This document shows, in pieces, positions 17,805 through 26,999 of a stretch of 32,000 bases of DNA (positions within the stretch are counted from its first letter, which is position 1; each line of letters opens with the position of its first letter). The stretch covers positions 30,001 through 62,000 of the forward strand of contig NZ_QLIR01000005.1 in assembly GCF_003428155.1 (NCBI RefSeq), written 5' to 3'. Under the pieces are notes generated by a model. The model ran no database searches. It had not been told where the DNA came from and saw only the letters and a program-made list of their open reading frames with translations. A program made the position numbers and the translations under genes. This stretch comes from Fastidiosibacter lacustris. GTDB taxonomy: Bacteria > Pseudomonadota > Gammaproteobacteria > Francisellales > Francisellaceae.

Positions 17805-19760
17805 TTGCAATATGCTAAATTAAGCTGGCAAGCTACAGGAGAACCTATATCTTCTGAATTCGGTGATGTCTACTTTTCTAAAAGTAATGGTTTGGCGGAA
17901 AGCAAATATGTGTTTTTGCAAGGCAATCGCCTTAGAGAGCGCTTCGAAAACTTAACAGATAATGCTCATTTTATTGTTGCTGAAACAGGTTTTGGGACAG
18001 GATTAAATTTTTTAGCATTAGTTTCTTTATGGCATAAGGTAGCCCCTAAATCTGCAAAACTCACTTTTATTAGCTGTGAAAAATACCCATTAACCCGATC
18101 TGATCTTATCCAATCATTATCTTTATGGTCAAGCTTAGAACAAGAAAAAAGGAGCTTAATAGCAAGTTATCCAGAAATTTTTTATACAGGACAAACTTTA
18201 TTAACAATTGCTGAAAATATCAGCCTTAATTTGTTAATAGGTGATGCTGCAATGTCACTTGCAAAAATTGATACCTCGGTTGATGCGTGGTTTTTAGATG
18301 GTTTTGCCCCATCTAAAAATCCTGATATGTGGAGTGATGCGCTTTTTAGTGAAACTTATCGTTTAAGTCATGCTAAGACAACGTTAGCAACCTTTAGTGC
18401 GGCAGGTTTTGTGAAACGCGCACTTGAAAATAATGGTTTTCAAGTAAAAAAGCAAAAAGGTTTTGCTTATAAGCGTGAAATGCTTACAGCAACTGTTAAA
18501 GACATTCATAAAAACCCTATAAATCGTATTAAACCTTATTTTTCTAAGCCTTATGTAAAAACTAATAAAAATAACCCTATTGCTGTTATAGGCGCAGGTA
18601 TGGCTGGTTGTGCTGTAGCTTATGAGTTAACACAAAAAGGGTATGAGGTTCATTTATATGAGCAAAAAAAAGACATTGCACAAGCAGCTTCAGGTAATCC
18701 TTATGGCATCTTAAAACCTTATCTTACTGCTGATGCGAATGTTTCAGACATATTTCATACGCAGGGCTTTTTATCTACACGAGAGTATATATTAAAGCAT
18801 CAGGCTAAGATTGATTTTATTGAATGTGGCGCGCTTGAGTTATTGAGTGACGATAAGTCCTATTTGCGCTTTAGCAATATTGTCAAAAAGCGTGCAGTTG
18901 ATCCAAGGATTCTACGGCTTGTGGATAAAACTTATGCCTCAGAAATTGCAAGTATAAATATTGAATATCCATGTGCTTATTATCCAACTGCGATGATGGT
19001 AAATCCTTATTCGTTATGTAAAGCTCTTATGAATCATGCAAGTGAAAAACTACAGCTGTTTTTAGAACATAAACTTAAATATTGTTTGAAAAACGGTAAC
19101 AAATGGCAATTAGTCTTTGAACAAAAAACAAATTACTATCAACAAGTAATATTTGCTGGTAATGCTTCGTTGATAAATACATTGGAAATTTTACAAAAAC
19201 TTAAAGTTTATCCTTCCTATGGACAAATCACATTGTTAAAACCTGCATTAGCAAATAAAACAATTTTATTAGACAAAGGTTACTTTTTGCCCATTCATAA
19301 TAACGTGCAGCTGATTGGTGCAAGTTTTCGCGATAATATTGATTTAGCTGGAGATAGGCGAAATGAAGATGATCAAAGCAATATTCTACAATTACAAAAC
19401 GTATTTAAAAATAGTGATGATGTCAGCTTAGAAATTATCACAAATAGAGTAGGGCTTCGCTGTGTGACAAGTGATCATGTACCAATAATAGGTGCGCTTG
19501 CAAGTTACGATGAATTTTATCAACAGTATTACCATAAACTGCAAAAGGGCATGATTTTAAAAGCACTACCAGAGCCACAGTATCTAACAGGTTTATATGT
19601 ACTAAGTGCTTTTGGTTCTAAAGGTTTATGCTCAATGATTTATGGTTCTAAAATTCTAGCTTGTTTGATCGAAAATGGTCGTCATTTTGCGTTGGCAAAT
19701 CATTTACTTGAAGCGTTGCATCCGCTTAGATTTTGGGTAAGAGAATTGAAGCAAAGATAG
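17805..19760 (+). CDS. mnmC: Bifunctional tRNA mnm5s2U34 methyltransferase / FAD-dependent cmnm5s2U34 oxidoreductase
   Basis: The N-terminal methyltransferase domain carries ETGFGTGLNF and DAWFLDGFAPSKNPDMW. The C-terminal DAO domain carries IGAGMAGCAVA. The gene uses a TTG start right after the thioesterase stop. Confidence 0.85.
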   Translation: MQYAKLSWQATGEPISSEFGDVYFSKSNGLAESKYVFLQGNRLRERFENLTDNAHFIVAETGFGTGLNFLALVSLWHKVAPKSAKLTFISCEKYPLTRSDLIQSLSLWSSLEQEKRSLIASYPEIFYTGQTLLTIAENISLNLLIGDAAMSLAKIDTSVDAWFLDGFAPSKNPDMWSDALFSETYRLSHAKTTLATFSAAGFVKRALENNGFQVKKQKGFAYKREMLTATVKDIHKNPINRIKPYFSKPYVKTNKNNPIAVIGAGMAGCAVAYELTQKGYEVHLYEQKKDIAQAASGNPYGILKPYLTADANVSDIFHTQGFLSTREYILKHQAKIDFIECGALELLSDDKSYLRFSNIVKKRAVDPRILRLVDKTYASEIASINIEYPCAYYPTAMMVNPYSLCKALMNHASEKLQLFLEHKLKYCLKNGNKWQLVFEQKTNYYQQVIFAGNASLINTLEILQKLKVYPSYGQITLLKPALANKTILLDKGYFLPIHNNVQLIGASFRDNIDLAGDRRNEDDQSNILQLQNVFKNSDDVSLEIITNRVGLRCVTSDHVPIIGALASYDEFYQQYYHKLQKGMILKALPEPQYLTGLYVLSAFGSKGLCSMIYGSKILACLIENGRHFALANHLLEALHPLRFWVRELKQR

Positions 19761-19877
19761 TTTTTTCTACATATATAGTTTTTGAAAACTTATTTTATAC
19801 TCTATACAAATCATCCGTGACCTATAAGCATCCATTTGTTATGATTAGGCAGAGTTCTATGTCTAAGCTATGAGAAT

Positions 19878-22115
19878 ATGGATCAGTTAAGTCTATCTTT
19901 TGAGGATAATGAAAAGCAAACCATTAGCCAATTTACGCGTCAAGCTTATTTAAATTATTCCATGTATGTGATTTTAGATCGTGCACTACCACATATTGGT
20001 GATGGTCTAAAACCTGTGCAAAGAAGGATTATTTATGCAATGTCCGAAATTGGATTATCAGCATTAAGTAAGCATAAAAAATCCGCGCGTACCGTAGGGG
20101 ATGTGTTGGGTAAATATCATCCACATGGTGATAGTGCTTGTTATGAGGCAATGGTGCTTATGGCACAAGATTTTTCATATCGATATCCTCTTATTGATGG
20201 TCAAGGTAACTGGGGATCTCAAGATGATCCAAAATCGTTTGCAGCAATGCGTTATACTGAGTCACGGCTATCAAAGTATGCAGAAGTACTCTTAAGCGAA
20301 TTGAAACTTGGTACGGTTGATTGGACCACAAATTTTGATGGTACGCTTCAGGAGCCAAAGATATTGCCTGCACAAGTACCAAATGTATTGTTAAATGGGA
20401 GTATGGGCATTGCAGTTGGAATGTCAACGGATATCCCTTCACATAATTTAAATGAAGTAGTACAAGGATGTTTATATTTACTAGCGGATAAAAATCATGA
20501 TTTAGATGGATTGATGGATCATATTCCAGGACCAGATTATCCAGGTGGTGCTGAGATTGTTACCCCTTTTGAAGAGCGAAAAAGAATTTACGAAACAGGC
20601 ACAGGTAGCATTAAACTACGTGCGGTTTTTCATGTTGAGGATGGAAATATCATTATTACACGTTTGCCACACCAGGTGTCTAGTGCTAAGTTGATTGAAC
20701 AGATTGCATCTCACATGCACGGTAAGAAAATTCCGTGGTTAAGTGATATTCGAGATGAATCAGATTACAATGACCCTGTTAGAATTGTACTGGTTCCACG
20801 ATCCAATCGTATTGATACAAATCTGCTGATGAGTCATTTGTTTGCAACAACTGATTTAGAGAAAAGCTATCGTATTAATTTAAATATAATTGGTCTAAAT
20901 GGCAAACCTCAAGTTAAATCATTAATCCAAATTTTAACTGAGTGGTTAGAGTTTAGAACACAAGTAACAACTAAACGCTTAGAGTTTCAATTGGATAAAA
21001 TATTAGAGCGATTACACATCCTAGATGGTTTTTTGATTGCATTTTTAAATATTGATGAAATCATTGCCATTATTCGTTATAAAGATGATCCAAAAGATGA
21101 GCTTAAAAAACGCTTTGAACTTACAGATGCAAAAGCAGAAGCAATATTGAATTTACGCTTGTGTAATTTGGCTAAGCTTGAAGAAATTGCCCTTCAAAAG
21201 GAAAAACATGAATTAGAAATAGAGCGTGATGTGATAATGGGTTATTTAGATGATCCAGCTAAGCTTAAAACGCTTATTAAGAAGGAACTAGAACTTGTTC
21301 AGCAAAAGCATGGAGATGCACGTAAATCTGCTTTAATTGTACGCCCTGAAGCCAGAGCGCTCAAAGATTCTGATTTGCAACCTGTGGAAAGCGTAACTAT
21401 CGTTTTATCTAAGCAAGGTTGGGTGAGAGTTGCTAAAGGGCATGAAGTAAACGTTGAAGGTTTAAGTTATAAGGTGGGCGATAGCTACTTTGCTTCTAGT
21501 GTGGGTAAAACTAATCAACCTTGTTTATTTTTTTCAAGCCTAGGTAAAGTTTATAGTTTACTAAGTACAGATCTGCCTTCAGCAAGAGGGCAAGGTGAGC
21601 CAATTACTGGACATTTGAAATTAGAAAAAAATGAGACAATAATAGGTTTAAGTTTTGTGAGGACTGATGATCAAGTGCTTTTTGCCTCAAGTGCGGGCAA
21701 TGCTTTTTTAGCACAATCAGAAGGTCTTATCACCAAAAGCAAAGTCGGTAAACAGGTGATTACACTAGGTGATGATCGCATTGTACCTCCTGTTAATATT
21801 AAAGAAAATGAAGATGCCTTTGTTGTTGCTATTTCTAATCAAGGCAGGCTTTTGGCAGTAAAGAAATCAGAGATCCCAAACTTAACTAAAGGTAAAGGCA
21901 ATCGCTTAATTAATATGCCAAGTCATCTTGCAACAGGCGAAATGCTTAAGTTTGTTGCAGTTGTTCTTAAAGGTGAAACATTGACTATCTTCTCAGGTAA
22001 ACGCCATATGCGTTTAAGCTTTTCTGATTTAAAGGATTATGAAGGTAAGCGGGCAACAAGGGGTAAGCTCCTCCCTCGTGGGTTTCAGAATGTTGATCGG
22101 GTGATTGTGCTATAG
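19878..22115 (+). CDS. parC: DNA topoisomerase IV subunit A
   Basis: [33 protein letters not shown] is present, along with [13 protein letters not shown] (QRDR with wild-type-like Ser and Glu) and the active-site Tyr in AAMRYTE. Confidence 0.9.
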   Translation: MDQLSLSFEDNEKQTISQFTRQAYLNYSMYVILDRALPHIGDGLKPVQRRIIYAMSEIGLSALSKHKKSARTVGDVLGKYHPHGDSACYEAMVLMAQDFSYRYPLIDGQGNWGSQDDPKSFAAMRYTESRLSKYAEVLLSELKLGTVDWTTNFDGTLQEPKILPAQVPNVLLNGSMGIAVGMSTDIPSHNLNEVVQGCLYLLADKNHDLDGLMDHIPGPDYPGGAEIVTPFEERKRIYETGTGSIKLRAVFHVEDGNIIITRLPHQVSSAKLIEQIASHMHGKKIPWLSDIRDESDYNDPVRIVLVPRSNRIDTNLLMSHLFATTDLEKSYRINLNIIGLNGKPQVKSLIQILTEWLEFRTQVTTKRLEFQLDKILERLHILDGFLIAFLNIDEIIAIIRYKDDPKDELKKRFELTDAKAEAILNLRLCNLAKLEEIALQKEKHELEIERDVIMGYLDDPAKLKTLIKKELELVQQKHGDARKSALIVRPEARALKDSDLQPVESVTIVLSKQGWVRVAKGHEVNVEGLSYKVGDSYFASSVGKTNQPCLFFSSLGKVYSLLSTDLPSARGQGEPITGHLKLEKNETIIGLSFVRTDDQVLFASSAGNAFLAQSEGLITKSKVGKQVITLGDDRIVPPVNIKENEDAFVVAISNQGRLLAVKKSEIPNLTKGKGNRLINMPSHLATGEMLKFVAVVLKGETLTIFSGKRHMRLSFSDLKDYEGKRATRGKLLPRGFQNVDRVIVL

Positions 22116-22116
22116 A

Positions 22117-22226
22117 TTAAAAAGTGGGTAATGTTGTCATCTAGCGCATTTGTTTTTATAATCAAAAATAGAAAAAATTGATATACGTTGCAGGAATTGC
22201 AACTCAATAAAAACAGTTAAAGCAGG
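22117..22226. repeat. Left arm of a long imperfect inverted repeat (pairs with 25701-25813)
   Basis: The reverse complement aligns by hand with 25701-25813. About 93 of 111 aligned positions match, with one 7-nt indel. The arm starts 2 nt after the parC stop. Confidence 0.8.
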
Positions 22227-22308
22227 TAAGAACCAATTGAAATCTAGTCCAAATGGTGCACAAAGATATCCCTGTCAAATTGAATATAAAGCACTAGGTC
22301 GGCTGCCT

Positions 22309-22819
22309 GAGAACCTGTTCAAAAATTTTTTTAATTTGCTAAAATCTACGTTTTTAAATTCCAAAAGTGGGGAGTTGAAATGCGAAAACGCTATCCCATT
22401 GATATTACACGCGCACAGTTTGCAGTAATTGAACCCATTCTTTTAAGTGCTAGAAAAAAGACAGCACCAAGAGAACTAGCTTTTGTATTGTGGATGCGCA
22501 AAGTGTGAAAAATACAGATACTGCTGAAAATAAAGGTTATGACGCAGGTAAAAGAGTTTCTGGAATTAAGCGATATATTGCTGTGGATACACAAGGCTTG
22601 CCGCATGCTATCCATATTACAACAAATTAGCTAAACGAAGTGAACTGCATAAGTTTGCTGTGATCCCAAAGAGTTGGGTGGTTGAACGCTCTTTTGCTTG
22701 ATTAGAAAAATAAAATGTCGGCGTTTATGGAAAAACTGTGAAAGAAAAAATAATACCAGTTTGCAAATGGTTGTACTTGCTTTCATTAGGCTAATAGCAC
22801 AGAGACTTTGAACAGGCTC
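22309..22819 (+). mobile_element. Internally deleted IS5-family (IS427/IS1031-like) insertion sequence remnant
   Basis: The terminal IRs are GAGAACCTGTTCAAA (left) and the reverse complement of TTTGAACAGGCTC (right). Flanking TGA/TAA may be a degenerate TNA target duplication. The element encloses transposase fragments. Confidence 0.8.
22380..22811 (+). pseudogene. IS5-family DDE transposase pseudogene (three fragments, two internal deletions, one stop, one frameshift)
   Basis: The fragments MRKRYPIDITRAQFAVIEPILLSARKKTAPR, VDAQSVKNTDTAENKGYDAGKRVSGIKRYIAVDTQGLPHAIHITT and AKRSELHKFAVIPKSWVVERSFA*LEK / KCRRLWKNCERKNNTSLQMVVLAFIRLIAQRL lie in different frames. Each matches conserved blocks of this transposase family as I remember them. 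Confidence 0.8.
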
Positions 22820-22921
22820 TAAGGTCTCATCTGCCTGACAAAATTAATGAGACGGTGTACTAGTTACACTAATCTCTGTGTGTTATTATTTTGCTTTAAT
22901 TTGAGTTTGGGAGTTTAATTA

Positions 22922-25666
22922 ATGGGATATATTAACTATAGAAAAATAGAGAAAAAATGGAATATTAAATGGAATGATGACAATGTATATAAAGTTCACC
23001 CCGACTCTACAAAGAAAAAATTTTATTGCATTGACATGTTCCCATATCCTTCTGGTAGCGGTCTTCATGTTGGACATCCTCTAGGATACATTGCTACTGA
23101 TATTACATGCCGCTATAAACGCTTGAAAGGATATAATGTTTTGCATGCTATGGGATTTGACTCATTTGGATTGCCAGCAGAACAATTTGCAATAGAGACA
23201 GGGCAAAACCCAAAAAAAACAACTGAAGAAAACATATGTAACTTTAATTCCCAAATAAGTAGAATGGGACTGTGCATTGATAAATCTAGAGAAATTAGAA
23301 CATCAGATAAAGAATACTATAAGTGGACTCAATGGATCTTTATTAAGTTATTTAATTCTTGGTACGATACAGAAAAAAATCAAGCTAGAGACATAAAAGA
23401 TTTAATTTTATGTTTTGAAAAAGGTGGTTCTTTTGGAATTAATGCAGCTAAGGACAATAATGCTGCTGATTTCTCAGCAAATGATTGGACAAATTTTTCT
23501 GAACTTGAAAAATCAGAAATCCTTATGCAATATAGACTGACTTATCTGTCTTATGCGACAGTGAATTGGTGTCCAAAACTAGGAACTGTACTTGCGAATG
23601 ATGAAGTTATTAATGGGGTATCTGAAAGAGGGGGGCACCCGGTAGAAAAACGGAAGATGAAACAATGGATGATGAGAATAACAGCATATGCAGATCGTTT
23701 GCTATCTAACTTAAATTCTCTGGATTGGCCAGAATCTTTAAAAGAAACACAGAAAAATTGGATAGGGAAATCTCAAGGTATTGTAATTAATTTCAATATT
23801 GACAACTCAAGTGAAACGATAGATATATATACTTCTAAACCTGAAACTATATTTGGCGTAACATTTTTATGCATTTCCCCAGAGCATCCATCTTTGCAAA
23901 GCTTTATAACAAATGAGAATAAGTTAAAAGTAAATGAGTATGTTGAAAAAACTTCCAAAGATAGCGAGCTAGAAAGAGTTTCTAATCTTAACCAAATAAG
24001 TGGAATCTTTACTGGTAAATATGCCATAAACCCTGCAAATAACCAGAAAATACCTATTTGGATTGGAAACTACGTTCTATCAAGTTATGGAACGGGAGTT
24101 GTAATGGGAGTTCCAAGTGAAGATGCAAGAGATAGCGAGTTAGCAAAAAAATATGACTTAAATTTTATTGATGTACTAGATAAAAACACAAATAAAATAA
24201 TAAATTCAAACTTCTTAAATGGAATGTCTACTTATCAAGCAAACGAATCAATATGCCAATATTTATGCAATTTAAAGATTGGAAAGAAAAAAACTAATTT
24301 CAAATTGCGTGACGCAATATTTGGTCGTCAAAGATACTGGGGTGAACCGATCCCAATTTATTATGAAGATGGCATCCCTAAAGCTATTAAAGAATCTGAA
24401 CTCCCTTTAGAACTTCCAGAGATAAATAACTACCTTCCAACAAAAGATGGAACACCACCTTTAGGTCGTGCTAAAGAGTGGTTGTATAAAGGTAAATTTA
24501 AATATGAACTAACTACAATGCCAAGCTGGGCAGCTTCAACTTGGTACTTCTTAAGATATATGTCACCTAATAATGAAAACCATCTTGTAAACAGCGAAGA
24601 CAGTTCTTACTGGGATCAAGTTGACTTATATATTGGTGGCAGTGAACATGCAACGGGACATCTTTTATATTCAAGATTTTGGAATCTTTTTTTATATGAT
24701 ATAGGAGTTATAAGCTTTGCTGAACCTTTTAAAAAAATTATTAATCAAGGGATGCTCCAAGGAAGATCATCCTTTATTTATCGTATAAAAGGAGAAAATA
24801 CTTTTGTTTCAAGTGAGTTAAAAAATAATTATGACGTTCAAAAACTTCATGTTGATATTAAATATATTAACTCAGATGACTCTCTCAATATTAAAGAATT
24901 TAAAACATGGAGAAATGAAAATAAAGACAGTAAGTTTATCTACGATGGTAAACATTTTTACTGCGATTGGACAATAGAAAAAATGTCTAAATCAAAATAC
25001 AATGTAGTCAATCCAGACGATATAATTCAACAATTTGGATCAGATGTCTTTAGAATTTACGAAATGTTTTTAGGTCCAATACAGCAGTCAAAACCTTGGA
25101 TGTTAAATGGTATTGAAGGTGTCAGCAAATTTATCAATAAGCTGTGGCGCTTGTTTTATAATGATAAAGGAGAGCTTATAGTTAGTCATAACGCAGCAAC
25201 ACATCATGAGTTGCATATCCTGCATACTATGTTGCAAAAAGTAGCTAGCGATATAGATCGCTTCTCCTATAACACAGCTATTAGCGCCATGATGATTTGT
25301 GTCAATGAACTAACTGCCATTAAATGCCATAGTACTCACATCCTGAAGGATTTACTTATCGCTGTTTCTCCTTTTGCTGTGTATATATCACAAGAACTTT
25401 GGCAACAAGCTCTTAAACAGAATGATTACATCGTTGACCAAAGTTATCCTGAAATCAAAGATCAATATCTAGACATTAAAGTTATTACATACCCAATTAC
25501 TATAAATGGAAAGTTAAAACTACACATGGATTTTGATTCACAAGATGATAATGAAACCATAAAACAAAAGACTATAAGTGAAGAAAAAATTAAAAGGTTA
25601 ATAAAAAATCAAGAAATCAAAAAATTTATACATGTTCCTGGGAAAATAATTAATATTGTTATTTGA
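22922..25666 (+). CDS. leuS: Leucyl-tRNA synthetase, long (914 aa) non-gammaproteobacterial type
   Basis: The ORF carries HIGH (LHVGHP), KMSKS (EKMSKSKYN) and a CP1 editing domain (TSKPETIFGVTF, GTGVVMGVPSEDARD). SERGGHPV replaces the Zn-binding Cys motif of E. coli LeuRS. GGGAG lies 8 nt upstream of the ATG. Confidence 0.9.
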   Translation: MGYINYRKIEKKWNIKWNDDNVYKVHPDSTKKKFYCIDMFPYPSGSGLHVGHPLGYIATDITCRYKRLKGYNVLHAMGFDSFGLPAEQFAIETGQNPKKTTEENICNFNSQISRMGLCIDKSREIRTSDKEYYKWTQWIFIKLFNSWYDTEKNQARDIKDLILCFEKGGSFGINAAKDNNAADFSANDWTNFSELEKSEILMQYRLTYLSYATVNWCPKLGTVLANDEVINGVSERGGHPVEKRKMKQWMMRITAYADRLLSNLNSLDWPESLKETQKNWIGKSQGIVINFNIDNSSETIDIYTSKPETIFGVTFLCISPEHPSLQSFITNENKLKVNEYVEKTSKDSELERVSNLNQISGIFTGKYAINPANNQKIPIWIGNYVLSSYGTGVVMGVPSEDARDSELAKKYDLNFIDVLDKNTNKIINSNFLNGMSTYQANESICQYLCNLKIGKKKTNFKLRDAIFGRQRYWGEPIPIYYEDGIPKAIKESELPLELPEINNYLPTKDGTPPLGRAKEWLYKGKFKYELTTMPSWAASTWYFLRYMSPNNENHLVNSEDSSYWDQVDLYIGGSEHATGHLLYSRFWNLFLYDIGVISFAEPFKKIINQGMLQGRSSFIYRIKGENTFVSSELKNNYDVQKLHVDIKYINSDDSLNIKEFKTWRNENKDSKFIYDGKHFYCDWTIEKMSKSKYNVVNPDDIIQQFGSDVFRIYEMFLGPIQQSKPWMLNGIEGVSKFINKLWRLFYNDKGELIVSHNAATHHELHILHTMLQKVASDIDRFSYNTAISAMMICVNELTAIKCHSTHILKDLLIAVSPFAVYISQELWQQALKQNDYIVDQSYPEIKDQYLDIKVITYPITINGKLKLHMDFDSQDDNETIKQKTISEEKIKRLIKNQEIKKFIHVPGKIINIVI

Positions 25667-25700
25667 TATAGATAGATTGGCAGTGTTTTACTTTAGCGTT

Positions 25701-25813
25701 CCTGCTTTAACTGTCTTTATTGAGTTGGAATTCCTGCAATCTACATCAATTTTCGTCATTTTTGATTTGAGATTATAAAAAGGGATGTGCTAGATGACAA
25801 CACTGCCTAATTA
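25701..25813. repeat. Right arm of the long imperfect inverted repeat (pairs with 22117-22226)
   Basis: See the left arm for the alignment. This arm ends at the base before the rluD stop codon (25814-25816). Confidence 0.8.
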
Positions 25814-26911
25814 TTAATATTCAAACCTTAGTTGATCTAAATCGTTGTCATCATCGTTATCATATTCCTCGTCGTCATAATCTTCATAGTCATCAACAAA
25901 GTCAAAATAGTCATCATTAAAGTCATCTTCATCATAACTGTACAATTGCTGAGCGTCGTAGCGGAGCGTTTTAATTAAATTTTGTAGATCTGTAGGTGGT
26001 TTGGCAATAAACTCAATATGCTTTTCAGTATCAGGGTGAATAAAGGCAAGTTTATAAGCATGTAGTGCTTGACGTTTGAAAGCTTTTAATACTTCTTGTG
26101 CTTCATCTGATAAGCCTTTAACCAGTTTTAAACGTGGGTTATAGATAGGATCACCTACAAGAGGTGCTTTAATATGCGCCATATGCACGCGAATTTGATG
26201 AGTTCTACCCGTTTCAAGTTTACATCTAATTCGCGTGTGCCCACGATAACGCTCAAGTACTACAAAATGAGTAATTGCCTCTTTACCAGTTGGTGTTACA
26301 GCCATTTTCAAACGGTTATGAGGGTTTCGACCTATTTTTGTTTTAATGGTACTACCAACGGTGATATATCCTGTTACAATTGCTTCATATTCACGCTTTA
26401 CTTGTCGCTTAGTTAATTGTTCAATTAACGAAGTATGAGCTTTAAGACTTTTAGCTATAACCATTATGCCTGAAGTATCTTTGTCCAATCGATGAATAAT
26501 ACCTGCCCTTGGTAGTGTTGAAAAAGCAGAATCGTGTGCAAGTAGCGCATTGGATAGAGTCCCAGAATAGTTTCCAGCTCCTGGATGGACAGTAAGACCA
26601 GCTGGTTTGTTAATAATGATGATATGATCATCTTCAAAAATAACATCAAGTGCTATTGGCTCGGCTTGCCAGTTGTTTTGTTGTTCTAATTGTGTATTAA
26701 GAGTAATTTCTTCACCGCCGATAATTTTATCTTTAGCTTTACGTTGTTCACCGTTTACGAGAATATCGCCTTGTTTTAACCATTTTTGTAATTGTGAACG
26801 TGAATAGTCTCTAAATAGGATGGATAAACATTGGTCAAGTCTTTTTCCAGCTAGTGTTTCTGGTGCAATAACATTTTGATGAATATTTTTAAATACGGTA
26901 TGATGTGACAC
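25814..26911 (-). CDS. rluD: 23S rRNA pseudouridine synthase RluD with a C-terminal extension of about 45 aa rich in D, E and Y
   Basis: The ORF has an S4 domain (LAGKRLDQCLS...LVNGE) and the catalytic motif HRLDKDTSG. It is divergent from bamD as in E. coli. The start was reassigned to the GTG at 26911, which has AGGA about 9 nt upstream. The longer track ORF would overlap the bamD start. Confidence 0.85.
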   Translation of the reverse strand: MSHHTVFKNIHQNVIAPETLAGKRLDQCLSILFRDYSRSQLQKWLKQGDILVNGEQRKAKDKIIGGEEITLNTQLEQQNNWQAEPIALDVIFEDDHIIIINKPAGLTVHPGAGNYSGTLSNALLAHDSAFSTLPRAGIIHRLDKDTSGIMVIAKSLKAHTSLIEQLTKRQVKREYEAIVTGYITVGSTIKTKIGRNPHNRLKMAVTPTGKEAITHFVVLERYRGHTRIRCKLETGRTHQIRVHMAHIKAPLVGDPIYNPRLKLVKGLSDEAQEVLKAFKRQALHAYKLAFIHPDTEKHIEFIAKPPTDLQNLIKTLRYDAQQLYSYDEDDFNDDYFDFVDDYEDYDDEEYDNDDDNDLDQLRFEY

Positions 26912-26999
26912 AAGTAAAATCCTATAAAAGACGCCTTTTAATCTGGGTATTATTGTAAACAATAAATGACAAAGGCGGTAATGAATCAAAGGAAAATAA

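Larger units (their letters stand above)
22117..25813. mobile_element. Putative IR-bounded cassette (MIC/foldback-like) carrying an IS remnant and leuS
   Basis: The segment is bounded by the inverted-repeat arms of about 110 bp. Its interior is lower in GC than its neighbours and contains an IS remnant. No cognate transposase is present. Mobility is inferred, not shown. Confidence 0.4.

Noticed and set aside
20101-20160. ParC QRDR as a possible quinolone-resistance genotype
   Set aside because: The motif [12 protein letters not shown] keeps Ser and Glu at the positions equivalent to E. coli S80 and E84. No resistance substitution is evident.
22237-22615. ORFs 22237..22428(+) and 22391..22615(-)
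   Set aside because: Both run across the left IR and the transposase fragments of the IS remnant, in wrong or antisense frames. They are artefacts of the decayed element.
22820-22921. T-box or other leader upstream of leuS
   Set aside because: The interval is only 102 nt, with one short 7-bp hairpin. It has no specifier or antiterminator architecture, and T-boxes are not expected in these lineages.
22117-25813. Invertible promoter switch (inverton) or integron cassette as explanations for the flanking inverted repeats
   Set aside because: There is no invertase or integrase gene in or next to the segment. leuS carries its own RBS and upstream region inside the segment, so inversion would not switch it. 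The structure has arms on both sides of the gene and does not match a single 3' attC.
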